From Octopus sinensis (lineage: Eukaryota), in contig NC_043007.1 of NCBI RefSeq assembly GCF_006345805.1, positions 64,542,001-64,606,000 of the forward strand: 64,000 nucleotides of DNA, in the 5' to 3' direction. Below the pieces are notes generated by a model. It did no database searches. It saw nothing but the letters and a program-made list of their open reading frames with translations, and was not told the DNA's origin. The translations under genes and the position numbers were made by a program. Shown piece after piece: positions 1-13,600 of the stretch (position 1 is its first letter; each line of letters begins with the position of its first letter).

Positions 1-419
1 CTTTTTGTTTTGATAGTTTTACAAGGTAGCTTTCCTTTCACTGTGTGTACTTTGCTTTCCCTCCCTACATTCTGTAGTATGGATGTAGAAAATTGGCAGT
101 TGTGTTGATATCTGCTTTCAAAGTTTCAGGTACTCTATCATGTGGGCCTGCTGCTTATCTGTTTGCAACAACTATTGGGTTTTATCATTTCATCCTTTAC
201 AGGAATGTCTACTATTGTAAACAGTTGTCTTAAAAGCGATTGACTAGGTGATGCATCAAACTATGTACACCAAGCACATAATAGGTACAAGAGTAGACGC
301 TAGGATCTAGAATTTGCAAATGACACTTGCCTAACAATCCAGAAAGTTCAAAGCACACAGGAAAAACCAAAACCAAAAAAAAAAATGTAGACAAGTGAGC
401 AGAAATACTAGTAAAAACT

Positions 420-960
420 GAATGGAGGGTTTGACAGATAAAAATCATAAAAATTCAAAGTGATGACTCCAGTTCTCTCATGGTTAAAGATCACATGTTG
501 CATAAGTGTGGTCTCTGCATCTTGAAGTTTAGAGAAGTATAAAGAAGGACAGTGGATTGAGATTTGAAAAGGTGAGTTAAGTTTTCAACATTTAAAGCCA
601 GTCTATACGACATAGGCTCTTCTTTCTCTATTAAGCTAAGAATTTTCAACAGCAATGTCAAATCCTTCCTACTATATAGTGTTAAGTTATGAAGGCCAAT
701 ATCTTCAGAAAGCACCAACCATTCATGAACAAGGACCTAAAAAGCAACCTAAACATTAGATATCCAGAAATTGCGAGCAACAAAAGTCCCCAAACCAAAA
801 TCAAGCCGGAATACCTTGGCCATTGAACAGTGAGATGTAAGTGGAGAAGTATGCCATATGTTTAGAAGAACAGAGAAATATTTGGCTAGGCAAACTTCAG
901 ATGAGAAAAGAAAGGAATGCTGTCTGAGGATCACCTGGGAAAGATCAGTAGGAGAGGACT
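420..960 (+). mobile_element. Decayed RTE-clade LINE, C-terminal ORF fragment
   Basis: Plus-strand translation near 620-680 reads SIKLRIFNSNVKSFLLY, typical of the post-RT region of RTE LINEs (KLRIFNSNVKSVLLYG). Many stops; edges approximate. Confidence 0.55.
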
Positions 961-1103
961 GTGGAGTGGTTGGTGTTAGGAAGGGTATCCAGCCCTAAAA
1001 ACCATGCCAAAACAGACACAGAAGCATGGTGCAAGCTCCTGCCTAGCCAGCTCCAACCCATGCCAACAGGGGAGGAGGATGTTAAACAATGATAATGATG
1101 GTG
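961..1103 (+). mobile_element. Short element or LINE tail with RTE-type 3' end and (GAT)n tail
   Basis: gagtggttggtgttaggaagggtatccagc...aatgataatgatg matches the 3' UTR of the RTE copies at 13190-13377 and 28680-28847. Confidence 0.65.
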
Positions 1104-1937
1104 ACATATATAAACTTGAATGGTATATTAATTTCACTAAACCCTATTAAAGAGATAGGTAAAATTGTTGTTATACACACAGTATATCCTGGAAATTTTA
1201 CTGGTAGACAAGCATTTGTAAAACAAAATGAATGAAGTAATAGTCAACATTATTTACAAATTGGAACTTTCAAATATTACACAACACATATAAAAGATGA
1301 TTTGAATTAGCCATTTTCTAATCAATAAAAACAGCATTATCTTGTGATTGAACAAATGAACTCTTTTATCTACTTGAATCTTATGCAAATAACCCTCACT
1401 TAACTCTACTTTGTAGCTAAAATTCACCTGAAGTTGTACTTAGTAATTATTTCTTATCTTCTACTCCTTTCCTTTAAACCATCAGTTCTACTTCTAAGCA
1501 ATGATTGCTCCATTGTTTATCTGTCTGCACTTGGATTTCCTTGCAAGATTGCATTAATGGGTTTATCCGTTTTTTATATAATTAATTGTATATATTTTGT
1601 TTTTATGTGTTTATAAATATGTGTGTATATATGTGCATGTATTTATGTCAGTGAGCACATGCATATAGCCATACATGTGTGCATGTGTTTGTGTGTATAT
1701 GTGTGTTTGTGCGTGTGTATGTATGTGTGTGTTTGTCTGTGATGATAATACCTGAAATAAAAATCATAATTTGATAAAAAGATATAATTGTTTTTACTTT
1801 TATATGTGGTAATAGTAATTTCGCATACATGGACACATTTATTCTTTTTATCTCTGTTAAAATGAACTACAGTGCATTATACACAGGTAACTACAGCATA
1901 TGTGTATGCATATATATATACTATATATATATATATA

Positions 1938-2235
1938 GTGGAAGCCAATGGCCCAGTGGTTTCGGGCATCGGACTCGCTGTGTAGGATCACGGTTCGATC
2001 AGACCGGGCCCATTGTGAGTGTTTATGAGCGAAAACACCTAAAGCTCGACAAGGCTCCGGCAGGGGGTTGGGGGGTGGCGATCCCTATTGTACTCTTTCG
2101 CCGCAAACTTCTCTCACTCTTTCTTCTGTGCCTGCTTGCTTAGCTAGCGGGGTGGTGTCATTTGAAGGCTAAAACAATGCGAAGCACTTGTGACCCAGCG
2201 ATGTTAGCAACATCTGACCTGGTCGGTCACGGTGA
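1938..2235 (+). mobile_element. tRNA-derived SINE, copy 1 of a local duplication
   Basis: A-box-like tggcccagtggtt and B-box-like ggttcgatc at the head; embedded in (TA)n. Confidence 0.7.
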
Positions 2236-2415
2236 CACGGTGATATTATATATCTCGTCAACAGTGCGGGTGACTCAGAGGACAAGTGTGTGGCTCCAAG
2301 TCTGCTATTGGCATGGTTTCTCCTGCTGGATGTCCTTCATATATCATATAATATATATATTATATACATATATATATATATACATATATATATATACATA
2401 TCATATATATATATA

Positions 2416-2484
<69 letters not shown>

Positions 2485-2485
<1 letters not shown>

Positions 2486-2789
2486 TGGAAGCACAATGCC
2501 CAGTGGTTCGGGCAGCGGACTCGCGGTTGTAGGATCACGGTTTCGATTCCCAGACCGGGCATTGTGAGTGTTTATTGAGCGAAACACCTAAAGCTCGACA
2601 AGGCTCCGGCAGGGGGTGGGGGGTGGCGATCCCTATTGTACTCTTTCGCCGCAACTTTCTCTCACTCTTTCTTCTGTTGGCCTGCTTGCTTAGCTAGCGG
2701 GGTGGTGTCATTTGAAGGCTAAAACAATGCGAAGCACATTGTGACCAGCGATGTGTAGCAACATCTGATAACCTGGTCGGTCACGGTGA
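2485..2789 (+). mobile_element. tRNA-derived SINE, copy 2 of a local duplication
   Basis: Near-identical to 1938-2235; B-box-like ggtttcgattccc. Confidence 0.75.
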
Positions 2790-5281
2790 TATATATATAT
2801 ATGCTTCAACAAGTGCTGGTGACTCAGAGGACAGTGTGTGGCTCCAAAGTCTGCTTTGGCATGGTTTCTACTGCTGGATGTCCTTCCTAATACCAACCAC
2901 TTTACAGAGTGCACTGCATGCGTTTTACATGGTACTAAGGTTATGAAGTTACCTGCAAGATAAGACCCCTTGACTGAAGGGTGTAGTATTGAGGGAGGTG
3001 AGTTTATATGTAGATATGCTTGTATGTTTGTATGCATGTATGTAAATCAGCAAGGGTAGATGGCAGAAGTGGTGGCATCAAACAATATTCATATTTGGTT
3101 TGTCTCTTTATGCTCAAGCTGATGTTGCTTTACATCTTACTGAAGTAGATAAAATAATGACCAGACAAAGTAACTGGGTCAATATAATCAACTAAAATAA
3201 CTTAATGGTACTGCCCCACATTGCTGCAATTGAGTGACTAAAACAATAAAAGAATAAACATATGAAAGAAGTCAGGAATAGGTGTTGTAATAATAATAGG
3301 ATTGCAACTTTTCCTGAAGGAAGATAAAGGACACAAAAATACATTAATTTATAAACAAATGTGCTGGCTTAACACCATTATTATGTATCATCAAAAATAT
3401 AAGTACAAGAGTGCGAGTGTATATGCATGCATGCAAATGTGCATATATATATTATCTATATATTTACACAGACACAGACAGACAGGCACACACACACATA
3501 CTGTATTTTGTGGCATGGTAGATATTGCTTTGTGGAAGAGAGCAGCTGATTTTGGAAATGTAATTCTAGGACAAATTTTTTTAATATTTACCAATGCTCA
3601 GTGCATACAATCAAGCAGTGTCTAGTGGTCACATGCTAAATGCCCTGTTATCAAGTTTGCAGGCTTATGCCCAGTATTAAGTGAAGTCACCAGATAAACT
3701 AACAAAGTGAGCTAACCCACTGTCTGGTGGTTTGCTGCTAGGTATTATTGTATTTAATGTTGACTTATGTAATATCAGACCATGACTTCAGCATCAATTC
3801 ACTGACATCAGATAATGATAGGCATTTCATCCTTCCAATTGGTGTCATGTCAAGATTCCTCTCTTTCATTCATTTATTTTCTCATGTTATGCTTAAAGCG
3901 TTTATTAATGCTGACATCTAATGGCTGTAATTGGGAAGTCAGACAACCAGGAATTATTGTCAGCTGTGTATTTAACCTCTCTGCTAGCATTTTAATGTTT
4001 ACAGACATGTGAGCACTAAACTGATACCATACAAACAATGATATTTATTGTAGCTACCAGAATGCTTGGACCACAGGTTTTCCATCTATCACTTGGGTTA
4101 TACAATGACATGAATGCTATTTGGGAATTTTTCCTTTGATAATGTATTTTTCTTGAAAATTAAGAGCTTGTAGTATGGATCCATTGACACAATAAATTAA
4201 AGCTGTTGTTCAGTGAGTCTTTTTATATCTAATAGTATTAAGAATCATTGATTTCAACCCTTTTACATTTACACATCAAAAGTCAAAGGAACCTCAGCTA
4301 TATTCTCAATCTTATTGAGTTTTGGAGAACTGTGTGTTCTTAAATTAATAATAAAGTTATGTAAATCTAATATTCTCTCTTCATATTCTTCTAACATTTT
4401 CCGAGTTAAATTTATTTTTGTTCACAAATTTAACTGTTTATTAGTGTTTTCATTTCATGAAATGAAAAAACTAGTAAACAGTTCCTTTGAAATCCTGTAT
4501 TTGTTGCCAATCTTTTGGCTTCCAAAGTGATCATCTTCTTTGTCACCAAGTTTCTTTGGTCTGATATCAATGTTTATTTGTTTTCTTCTAAGTATGTCCA
4601 TTATTCTGGTAATGTATGAAGATTATGCTTCTGTATATTCACTTTTTCAAATCCTTCTTCTTGCCTCCTCCACTGGTGAAACATCTTCCCATTAGGTGGT
4701 GGTTCTCTGCTGCCCTGTTCTTTGTCATATTTGACTACATCAAGTTTAAATGTGATATATTTTATGTTTCTTTGATATACTTGCCATAGATGAGGGAGAT
4801 AACTTGCAGGACTGAAAATGGCTTATTACACCAATGAAGACCTGGCAGTGAATGAACTAAGTTCTATATATTCAAGTGTGAATAAACAACAGATTCTTGT
4901 TCATTGAGATGAGATGCCAACCTTTTGAAATTTCTCAATAAATGGCACTGCCACACCATTGCCATTAGTAAACAAACAGCACAGCAGCAAGGGCAGTGCA
5001 GTGACAGAAAAGTTTAATAAACCTATTTTTTCTTATTTATGGGAGTAAGTGTAATTGTATTTACAGCAACAATATTAGTTGAATCAAATGTTTTATAGTA
5101 TAAAAAATACATGCAATTGGTAAGTAATGAAATAACCGACTTTGTAAGGGTCTAATATTAATTAACCCAAGAACACAATGACAACAACTCAATTAGCACT
5201 GTAAAAGAAGCATAATAATTTTCAAGGCATTTTCTAAAAAGAAAAAAGCATATCTTTCATGCAGCAAAATATGGCATATGT

Positions 5282-5341
<60 letters not shown>

Positions 5342-5889
5342 ACATGTATATGTATTTATGTAAGTAAAAGTACAAGAATACTCTGTTAGTTTCAATGGTT
5401 AGTATTCCAGTTATTCAGTGAACTGAACTGCATAATCATTGAATTGTAGTTAACATATTAAGTGTATTGAGAAGCAAAAGTGTAAAAAGAAATTCTTATG
5501 TGCTGAGGATAAGATAGTATTTTAGCAAGAATGGGAGATAACTCTGCATATGTTTTATCTCATGTTTTTTCAGACCTTTTTAGCAAAACATAATGCTCAT
5601 ATTTGTCAAGTGGTGGTGAAAAAATCTGATTTTTGCCTGAAGATTTCAAATGGTGTCTGTGGAATATTCAGCCACTTAGAATATATTGTGACACAATTGG
5701 GTTTTTTATTTAACCCAAGGAAATGACAGAAGACACAAACCATGATGGAGTGTAATTAAATTGAATTTGGAATCCCATGATTGCAAAGTGATAAGTGTGT
5801 GCATTAAAACAAGCATATCAATATCAAACAACCAGTAAATTTAGAATAATATGATAATAATGATACAATTGCATACATACATATATATA

Positions 5890-6536
5890 TGAGGAGAAGT
5901 AAAAAAATTATCTGCACTTTCGCTTTAACATATCTTTTTTATTGTCACACTGCCTTTTGTGCATGCGTGCTTATAGTTGGTACTACTGTGGTCACATGAT
6001 CGAAGTCTGAGCCTGATTGTGCCATTTTTCTTTCTGGCTTTACAGTGTAAGCATGGCTGCTCCACTAGCAATGTGCACCAAAAAAGAACAAAGAGCAGTG
6101 ATCCAATTTTTCTGGTCAGAAGGTGTATCAAGTGCTGAAATTTATTGGAGAGTTTTAGCAAAATATGGGGACAGTGCACTACCACATAGAAATGTGTATG
6201 AGTAGATTGAGAAGTTTAAAAGTGGTTGGAACAGGATACATATCAACCTCCACCACTGATGAGAAGATTCTGCAAGCTTGAGAGATGGTAATGGTGAACC
6301 AGTTCACCATTACTATCTCTCGGATCACTGCTCTTTGTTCTTCATTGGTGCACAATGCTAGTGGAACGGCCATGCTTACACTGTAAAGCCAGAAATGGAA
6401 AATGCTGCAATCAGGCTCAAACTTCGATCATGTGACAACTATAGTACCAACTATAAGCATGCATGCACAGAAGGCAGTGTGACAATAATAAAGTTATGTT
6501 ATGGTAAAAGTGCAGATAATTTTTGACTTCCCTTCG
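5890..6536. mobile_element. Mariner-derived fold-back MITE (647 bp, 215-bp inverted arms, TA TSD)
   Basis: TA|TGAGGAGAAGTAAAAAAATTATCTGCAC... versus ...GTGCAGATAATTTTTGACTTCCCTTCG|TA. Arms 5890-6104 and 6322-6536 both contain the transposase N-terminus (MAAPLAMCTKKEQRAVI on +, MAVPLALCTNEEQRAVI on -). Confidence 0.9.
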
Positions 6537-7004
6537 TACACACACACACACAAATACACCACTCCTCTTACATAACTGCATACATATATTTTCAAAATTT
6601 TAGAATAATTGAAAAATAGAGGGAGAAATAAAATAATTTAGAGAAGAGAAAAGAAATATTTTCATTTCCTTGTTGGAATTTGTATGACTTTTTAAAAATG
6701 AATTAGAATAATGATGCAAGTGGAGGAAAATAATTTGTTGGGGGAACAGATTAAAACATAAATTGGCACAAGCAGATGATAATATTCAGCAAGCAAGTTT
6801 CTCAAGGCAAACAAAATATAGAGAATGTGTAGTTAGAAATTTTTGTGTGTAAGCATTTTCCAAAAATACAAGTGTTGTGAAGTAAAGTATTTCTAATAAA
6901 GTGCTGAAACTGTGCTGCACGTACAGTTAACCCCAATGCTATAATTAATGGAATATGAAATAAAATAAAAGCTCTTCCGTATGTCAAAAGTGATATCAAC
7001 TTAC

Positions 7005-7358
7005 TAAAGCTAAACTGCTTGCCAAAATCATAGTTATGATGAACGTCTCGAAGTATTTATGCTCCACAACTCTGTACATTAAACACCTAAGTTTCCACCA
7101 TGCTTGACCAAATTTTGTGTGCTGGAAATAATTCCAGCAGTTGCAATGTTTTATGCAAAATTGGCACAAGCAGTCATCAGGGGTTTTCACATAGACAATA
7201 TCAACTTCATTAATTTCTGGTTCGCCTTCCACTTGCACTTTGAGGTTGTCTTCTTCACCTCCTTCTGACAATGATGTCAGGCTGGAACTGGCGTGTGACC
7301 CTACTGGACTTTTTAATTCTCCTGCTTCACTCGCAAGTCTAGTTGATGATTCGGAGAG
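7005..7358 (-). CDS. Nav1: Nav1 exon, end of II-III linker plus DIII-S1 (354 nt, phase 0-0)
   Basis: Acceptor (t)n-ctcatttgtag|CTC, donor GCT TTA|gtaagt. Encodes LSESSTRLASEAGELKSPVGSHASSSLTSLSEGGEEDN...PDDCLC...WWKLRCLMYRVVEHKYFETFIITMILASSLAL. Confidence 0.96.
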
Positions 7359-7386
7359 CTACAAATGAGAAAAAAAAAAAAAAATG

Positions 7387-7420
<34 letters not shown>

Positions 7421-7484
7421 TATATGCATAAATTAATGAATAATAGTTGGATGAAAGTGAGGAAGAAATGCATTGATATTTTTA

Positions 7485-8220
7485 CGAGGGACGTTCAATA
7501 AGTAATGCCCCTGACCCACTTGCAGTTGTTTGATCTAGCTGAAATTTTGCATGTGCAATTATTTATATCTCTATGGATTAAGTGGCAAATTACAGCTCTG
7601 AACTAATTGTGTTTTCTGATTTACAGGTGTTTGAACTGAGTCAAGTGTGAAATGGAGCCTGTTGAGTGTCGAGCAGTGATCCGGTTTTTGTATTTGAAAG
7701 GACGCACACCACGGGAGACTTTTGATGAAATGAAAGTAACTTATAATGATGATGCCCCATCATATGACCTTGTAAAATGCTGGCATCGTGAATTCAAACA
7801 TGGTCCAAACTCTGTGGAATCAGCTCCCAGATCTGGTCGCCCCCCCTTCTGCCATTGATGAGGCATCTGTCCATCAAGTTGAGGCTGCCATTTTGGAAGA
7901 TCGACGCATAACTATTCGCCAAATAGCCCATGAGGTCAAGATTAGTACCGGGTCTGTGGAAACTATCATTCATGACCATTTGTATATGCAAAAGGTGTCT
8001 GCCAGATGGATTCCCAGGTTGCTCACACCTTTCCAGAAGCAAGAATGCGTCGAGTGCTCGAGGATGAATTTGGAGATGTGCCAAGAAGATGAGTCAAAAT
8101 TTTTCAAAAGATTGATTACACAGGATGAAACCTGGGTCCATCACTATGATCCAGAGACCAAAGCCCAGTCAATGCAGTGGAAGCACCGTGACTCACCTCC
8201 TCCAAAGAAGGCAAGGGTGC
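7485..8220 (+). mobile_element. Mariner transposon, 5' half (irritans-like), 3'-truncated
   Basis: TA|CGAGGGACGTTCAATAAG TIR. Transposase MEPVECRAVIRFL..., WIPRLL (WVPHEL equivalent), ITQDETWVHHYDPETK (first catalytic Asp). One frameshift; stops at PPPKKARV. Confidence 0.9.
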
Positions 8221-8738
8221 ATAATTTTCTTTAAAATATTTATTATACACAAACATGAATTAATTTTCTGGAAAACTTTCACCATCTAGTTTGATTGGAA
8301 GATTTTCCAAATAAGACTAACAACTTTGTTTTGATTTGTTAAACAAGAATAATTGACTAACAATTATGCATTTTGATAAGTACATGTCTAAATTAGTCAT
8401 TTGACAAGGCTAAAAAAATTTAATTTATGCTGGTATGTAGTAAAATGAAACATGAATATGATTAGTACTTTTTACAATGGGAATCTGAGGAAAATCCGCC
8501 TCATCTTCTATCAAATGAGAAGCTGTACTCCACAACTAGTTACATTAGTGTGGTCTAGTGAGTGGTTCAGATGGCTAGGCCATGTAATCAGAATGTAATA
8601 AGGCCATGTAATAAGCTATCAAGGCTAAAATTTAACATGAAAAAATTGGATCTTGGGCATTGCCTTAATTTGCAATTGAGGATTAAACAGATAAAAGTAG
8701 ATAAATAATAATAATTCTTAAAATACCAAGTGGATTAC

Positions 8739-8803
8739 CTTTCTGTCTCCATCAGCAGCATCTATGCCGTCTTTTTCATCTTTCTCTTTCTCTTTGATCC
8801 CTT
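8739..8803 (-). CDS. Nav1: Nav1 small exon, II-III linker (65 nt, phase 1-0); not in the ORF track
   Basis: Acceptor ttctttaacttcttcag|AA, donor AGA AAG|gtaatc. Translates (E)GIKEKEKDEKDGIDAADGDRK. It supplies exactly the phase 1-to-0 bridge needed between the flanking exons. Confidence 0.85.
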
Positions 8804-8949
8804 CTGAAGAAGTTAAAGAACAAAGCAATTTTTATTTGTTTCAAGTAGAGCTTGGTATAAAGAAATTCCATAAAACTAAATCTTAATAATTTGGAAGTAT
8901 TAATTTGTTTTTCCTGCAAAGTGTTTATTTATTTAAATAAATAAATAAA

Positions 8950-10530
8950 TAGATTTATTAATCCAATTTACATCGAATATTTTTTTCAGAAATTACATAA
9001 AAAATCGGATTAAGCCCTTTGGCAGCTTTACTGATTTGGGCAAGTTGGTAGAAGTTTAAAAAATAAAAAATAGGTCAATAATTATATATATAAAAAAAAG
9101 AAACATCCCTTGCATGCAAGCATGGTGGTCAAAAGTGTATATGAAAAATAAATCTCTTTAAGTCTAGAAATATAAAATATTACAAATGTTATAAATACTA
9201 TAGGTCTATAAAATAAAGTTTATAAATGAGTTTGGTTCAGTAGAAGGTGGACTTTTAATGATTTTTAGCTTTCGTGGTAAGAAATTATTCCACATGTTAA
9301 TACTATCATAAATAAAGGGTTTTTTGACAAATTGATACTCAACAAAAGGGTGTTTCAAAATTCAAGTCAGTGATACCTCTTCTTTGGTAGTTATGAGAGA
9401 GAGAATGGCAAGGGATTATTTCAAAGAAATATGTATGGCGGTGATGATGAAATATTTTGTGGAACTTGATGGCTGAGTTGTATGTATATATATATATATA
9501 TATATATATTATTAGGCAAAAGTAATTTTGATTGAGGATTGTTTATTTTGAGAGTCTTCCATGATTTATGAATAGCATGGTTGAGTAAGTGAACTTTGTA
9601 ATTTCCTTAGGCAGTAACACAGTAAGATAATTTTGAGTATATTAAAGAATAATAAATAGTGATTCTAACATTTTCAGGAAGAAGGTAAGAAATTCTATTT
9701 AACATACCAAGAGTATGAGAATTTTGTATTAATAAATTATATGTGTTTTGAAACTGAGAGACTCATCATTATGAATGCCGAGAAATTTTGTTGTTAGATG
9801 TGAAATTACTTTACCTGCAAAGCAGATATTAGGAAGTAGCTGTTTGGGCTTTGTGGAGAAAAGCATGTAGCAGGTCTTTTTTATATTAAGGGTAAGCCGA
9901 TAAGCAATAAGCCATTGATAAACCTTGTCCAGTTCTGAACTAATTGCATTGAATAGGGAGGGAAGGTCCTTGTGACTAATAAAAATAGTAGAGTCATCAG
10001 CAAAAGTTTGAAAATTTAATAAATCAGTAGAATTGCACATATCATTTATATAGATAAGGAACAGCAATGGTTCCAGTATGGATCCCTGGTGATTTTGATG
10101 ATTCAATAGAAACATACTGTTTACACTGTGAGAGGTGTGATCTAAACCAATTGTTAGGAACTCCACATATTCCTATATGCTCGAGTTTGGCCAACAATAT
10201 ATCTGAATGTACAGAATCAAACACTTTATTGATATTTAAGTAAAGTGCAAGGAAATATTTAGAGATGTTTAGTGAACTGTAGGCATGATCTAGAAATTCA
10301 AGGATTGCATCAGCAGTGCTTAAGTTTTCCCTAAAGCCAAAATGGTGATTTGATAGCATTTTGTTAAGACTGAGAAATGACTGTAGTCTCTAGTATATTA
10401 ACTTTTCAAAAACTTCGAGAGAGTAGAGAGGATAGATATGTTACTGAATTTCTTTGAGTAAAATGCTTTGCTTTACCTAACTTACAATTTGCTTTAGCAT
10501 GTATTGGATGAATCTAGAAGTTTAGACTTT
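8950..10530 (-). mobile_element. CR1/L2/Jockey-group LINE, decayed RT region
   Basis: ORFs 9729-10166 (QGSILEPLLFLIYIND...FADD) and 10042-10359 (HFGFRENLST...KVFDSVHSDILLAKLEHIGICG). Edges approximate. Confidence 0.85.
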
Positions 10531-10649
10531 TAGAAATATTTACTGAGAAATTTTGTAGTTGAATGCTATTTTAAGGATAGAGAAAGCTGTATCCTTTCTT
10601 TCAGTTAAGAAAACTGAAACAAATTGAGTATAATTATTTTTGTAGGTAT

Positions 10650-13600
10650 ATAATAACATAATGATAAGGATCAGTAATAACATTTTGAGATTGTTTTCCA
10701 ACAAAGATGACATGGTGGCCTGGATCAAAATAGTGAAGCTTATGAAGCTGCAGAGCATACTATGCATAGCTAGTCTTATGCCATTGTACTTAAAAGGAAG
10801 CGCTCTAAATTTGTATTTAAATATGGATAAAACACATCAGCTAAAGGTCAAAAAGATTGAAAGAGCAACTGAAAGATGTATGTACAGAAGGAGCCTTTAA
10901 AGCATACAGCATGCTGGGGAGAGTGAAATGAACAGGTGAGCAAGTAGATGACCACATGAATGAGACAAGGTGACTGACTGGGCTGGAAGGGTTTACCATT
11001 GAAGTGATGGAGAGAATTGTGAAGTTGGCTTTTGCAACTGGATTCCCTGACCATATCTCCCTGAAGTTGCAGCAGCTGCTGGGCATCAACACAATATCAG
11101 TGGGTGATTCGGTAGATAAGACATGAGAGTTGATACATATATGATGTGGCAATGGTGATGGCAGAGACTTGTAGGATGAAGAGGCAGGTGGCAAATAGTG
11201 AGATCGGGAGTATGGCGGGAGAGGCAAGGTGGACGTTTAAAGGACCATGTCTTATGTGTCAGGGTCTGAACATGCTCAGAGATTGTAAGGAACCAAAATC
11301 TGAAGTGGTATGTTACAGATGTCCAGCCTGGGCACATAGTGAGCTATTGCAAATAGGGAAACAGATAAAGGAGAGGGTGAGGGGCTTCTGCACTAGTAGC
11401 TGCATGACAACCAATTAGAGGTGCACCTACATTCACTAACTATAATAAGAGTTCTAGTGGGGGCAAGCCTTTGTCAATAGGGGTTGCACAACAACCCTGT
11501 TGACCTTGAAAATGATAGAAAGCTGGAGTGGAAAAAGCAGCCTGAGTACAGTGGAATAGAGAGAGATTAGGTGCAGAGACATCAGTATAGTGGAGCCATA
11601 TATCTGGTGGTGTTGGATACAATCTAGTCACCTGTATAGTTGATCACGTTATTCATGAAAGTGGAATCCTCAGTGACTGGTGTAGCAGCATCATAGTTAG
11701 CTGCTACAAGGGCAAGGGAGATGTCTTGGATAGAAGTAATTATAGAGGCATCAAATTGCTGGACCAGGTGATGGAAGTTTGGAGAGAGTTGCAGCCCAAT
11801 TAATTAGGAACAGAATTAGCCTAAATGAAATGCAGTTTGACTTTGTTCCAAGGAGAAGTACAACTGATGCTATTTTCATAGTTAGGCAACTGCAAGAGAA
11901 GTATTTAGCTAAGAACAAGCCTTTGTATTTGGCATTTGTTGATCTAGAGAAAATCTTCAACAGAGTACTTGGCTCTGCATTTATGGTGGTCTCTGAGGAA
12001 GCTAAGGGTAGACGAATGGCTTGTGAAAGCAGAAGAAGCCATGTACAGGTATGCTGTTAGTAAAGTAAGAGATAAACACAGGTACAGTGATAAATTTAGT
12101 GTACAGGTATGTGTTCACAAGGCTCAGTCATCAGCCCCTCCTATTTATCCTCCTCCTCCAGGCATAACAGAGGAATTTTAAGCTGGAAGCCCATGGGAAC
12201 TATATGTTGATGACCTTGCCCTCAAAGCAGAATCTGTAACAGAATTAGAAAAGAAATTCCAGGCGTGGAAATAAAAGCTGGAATCAAAGGGTCTTAAAGT
12301 TAACTTAGCAAAGTCACAAAGAATTCGAACAGGACTCTTCCCGCTTCAGGTAAATGGCTTCAGTCAATATGTAGGAAAAGTGTAGGCAGAAATTCCATTT
12401 GGCGTACTCAGTGAAAGCTATGGATACGCAAGAGGTGCAATGGAACAGCAGGGAGATTAACAAAGAAAGTATGTGGTAAATGTACAAGAACCATAAAGAC
12501 TACTGATACACTAGAAACTGATTTTCTCAAATATCCTGGAGGCTCTCAAGAAGTTGTAGATAATTTCTGCTACTTAGGTGACCTAATTAGTAGTGGAGAA
12601 GTTGTGCAGAAAGTATAATTTCTAGAATATAATGCAGAAAGTTCAGAGAGCTTTTACCTCTGTTGGTAACCAAAGGTCATCCTCTCTCCAGGTGAAAGGA
12701 AGATTATATGATGCATGTGTACTGCAATGCTACATGGTAGTGAGACATGAACCTTGAATGCAGTGGATATGTGAAGATTAGAGAGAAACAAGGCTGGTAT
12801 GTTCCACTGGATGTGCAATGTCAGTGTGTATGTGTGACAGAATGCTAATGTATTAAGAGAAAAGTTAGGCGTAAGAAGAATTACATGCAATGTGCAAGAG
12901 AAGATACTGTGCTGCTTTGATCATGTGATGCAGATGAGTGATAACAGTTGCATAAAGCAGTACTGACCACTTAAAGTGGAGGGTAGTTGTGGAAGAGGGA
13001 GACCTAGGAAAACATGGGATGAAATATTGAAGGCCAATTTCAAAATGTTGAACCTTATGAAAATGACAGAGGACTGAGATATGTGGCACATTACTGTATT
13101 CAAGAAGACCTGCCCACCACAACAGAATTCATATCCTAAAATCAAGGTGCCATGTAAAAAGCATTGGTGTTGGTGCTACATAAAAAGCACCCAGTACACT
13201 CTGTAAAGTGGTTGGTGTTAGGAAGGGTGTCCAGCTGTAGAAACCAAACAAAGACAGACTAAGGAATCTTGTGTAGTCCCTGGCCTTACCAGCTCCTGTC
13301 AAGCTGTCAAACCCATGCCATCATTTAATGGCTGTTAAATGATGATGATGATAATGATGATGATAATGATGATGATTTTAATACTGTGGAAAGGGGAAGT
13401 GGTGTGCAACAAATGATGGCTGTAGCCCATGCAACAAAGAACAAAGTCTGATCAGTGCTAGATTTTTGAGAGCTGAATGAGCATGCGTCATGCCATACAG
13501 TTGGTGAAGCAGTGGATGTCTATGGGGAAACTTTGCAGGAATGGAGGCATAGGACAGGGGCAACTACAATCATTGGTCTTAAGGGGGCACATCCGCAGCT

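Noticed and set aside
1938-2010. tRNA-like heads at 1938, 2485 and 56613 as tRNA genes
   Set aside because: They have A/B-box-like motifs but no complete cloverleaf, and each continues into a repeated SINE body.
2162-2578. Many ORFs with YIYI, HTHT, CVCV, poly-I/N/D/M runs (also 28788, 32322, 35841, 40825-41205, 45863, 50875, 60658, 63182)
   Set aside because: They are translations of (TA)n, (CA)n, (AAT)n and (GAT)n microsatellites, not genes.
1-7004. Next Nav exon (DIII S2) and, at 59719-64000, the preceding I-II linker exon
   Set aside because: I found no matching coding segment with splice sites. Both probably lie outside the window, though a very small exon could have been missed.
7485-8220. 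Mariner 5' half (ends at KKARV) and 3' half at 43800-44355 (starts near SAGKVM) as one element split by rearrangement
   Set aside because: Their TIRs differ (CGAGGGACGTTCAATAAG versus TGAAGGTCAGCTGAAAAG) and colinear Nav exons lie between them.
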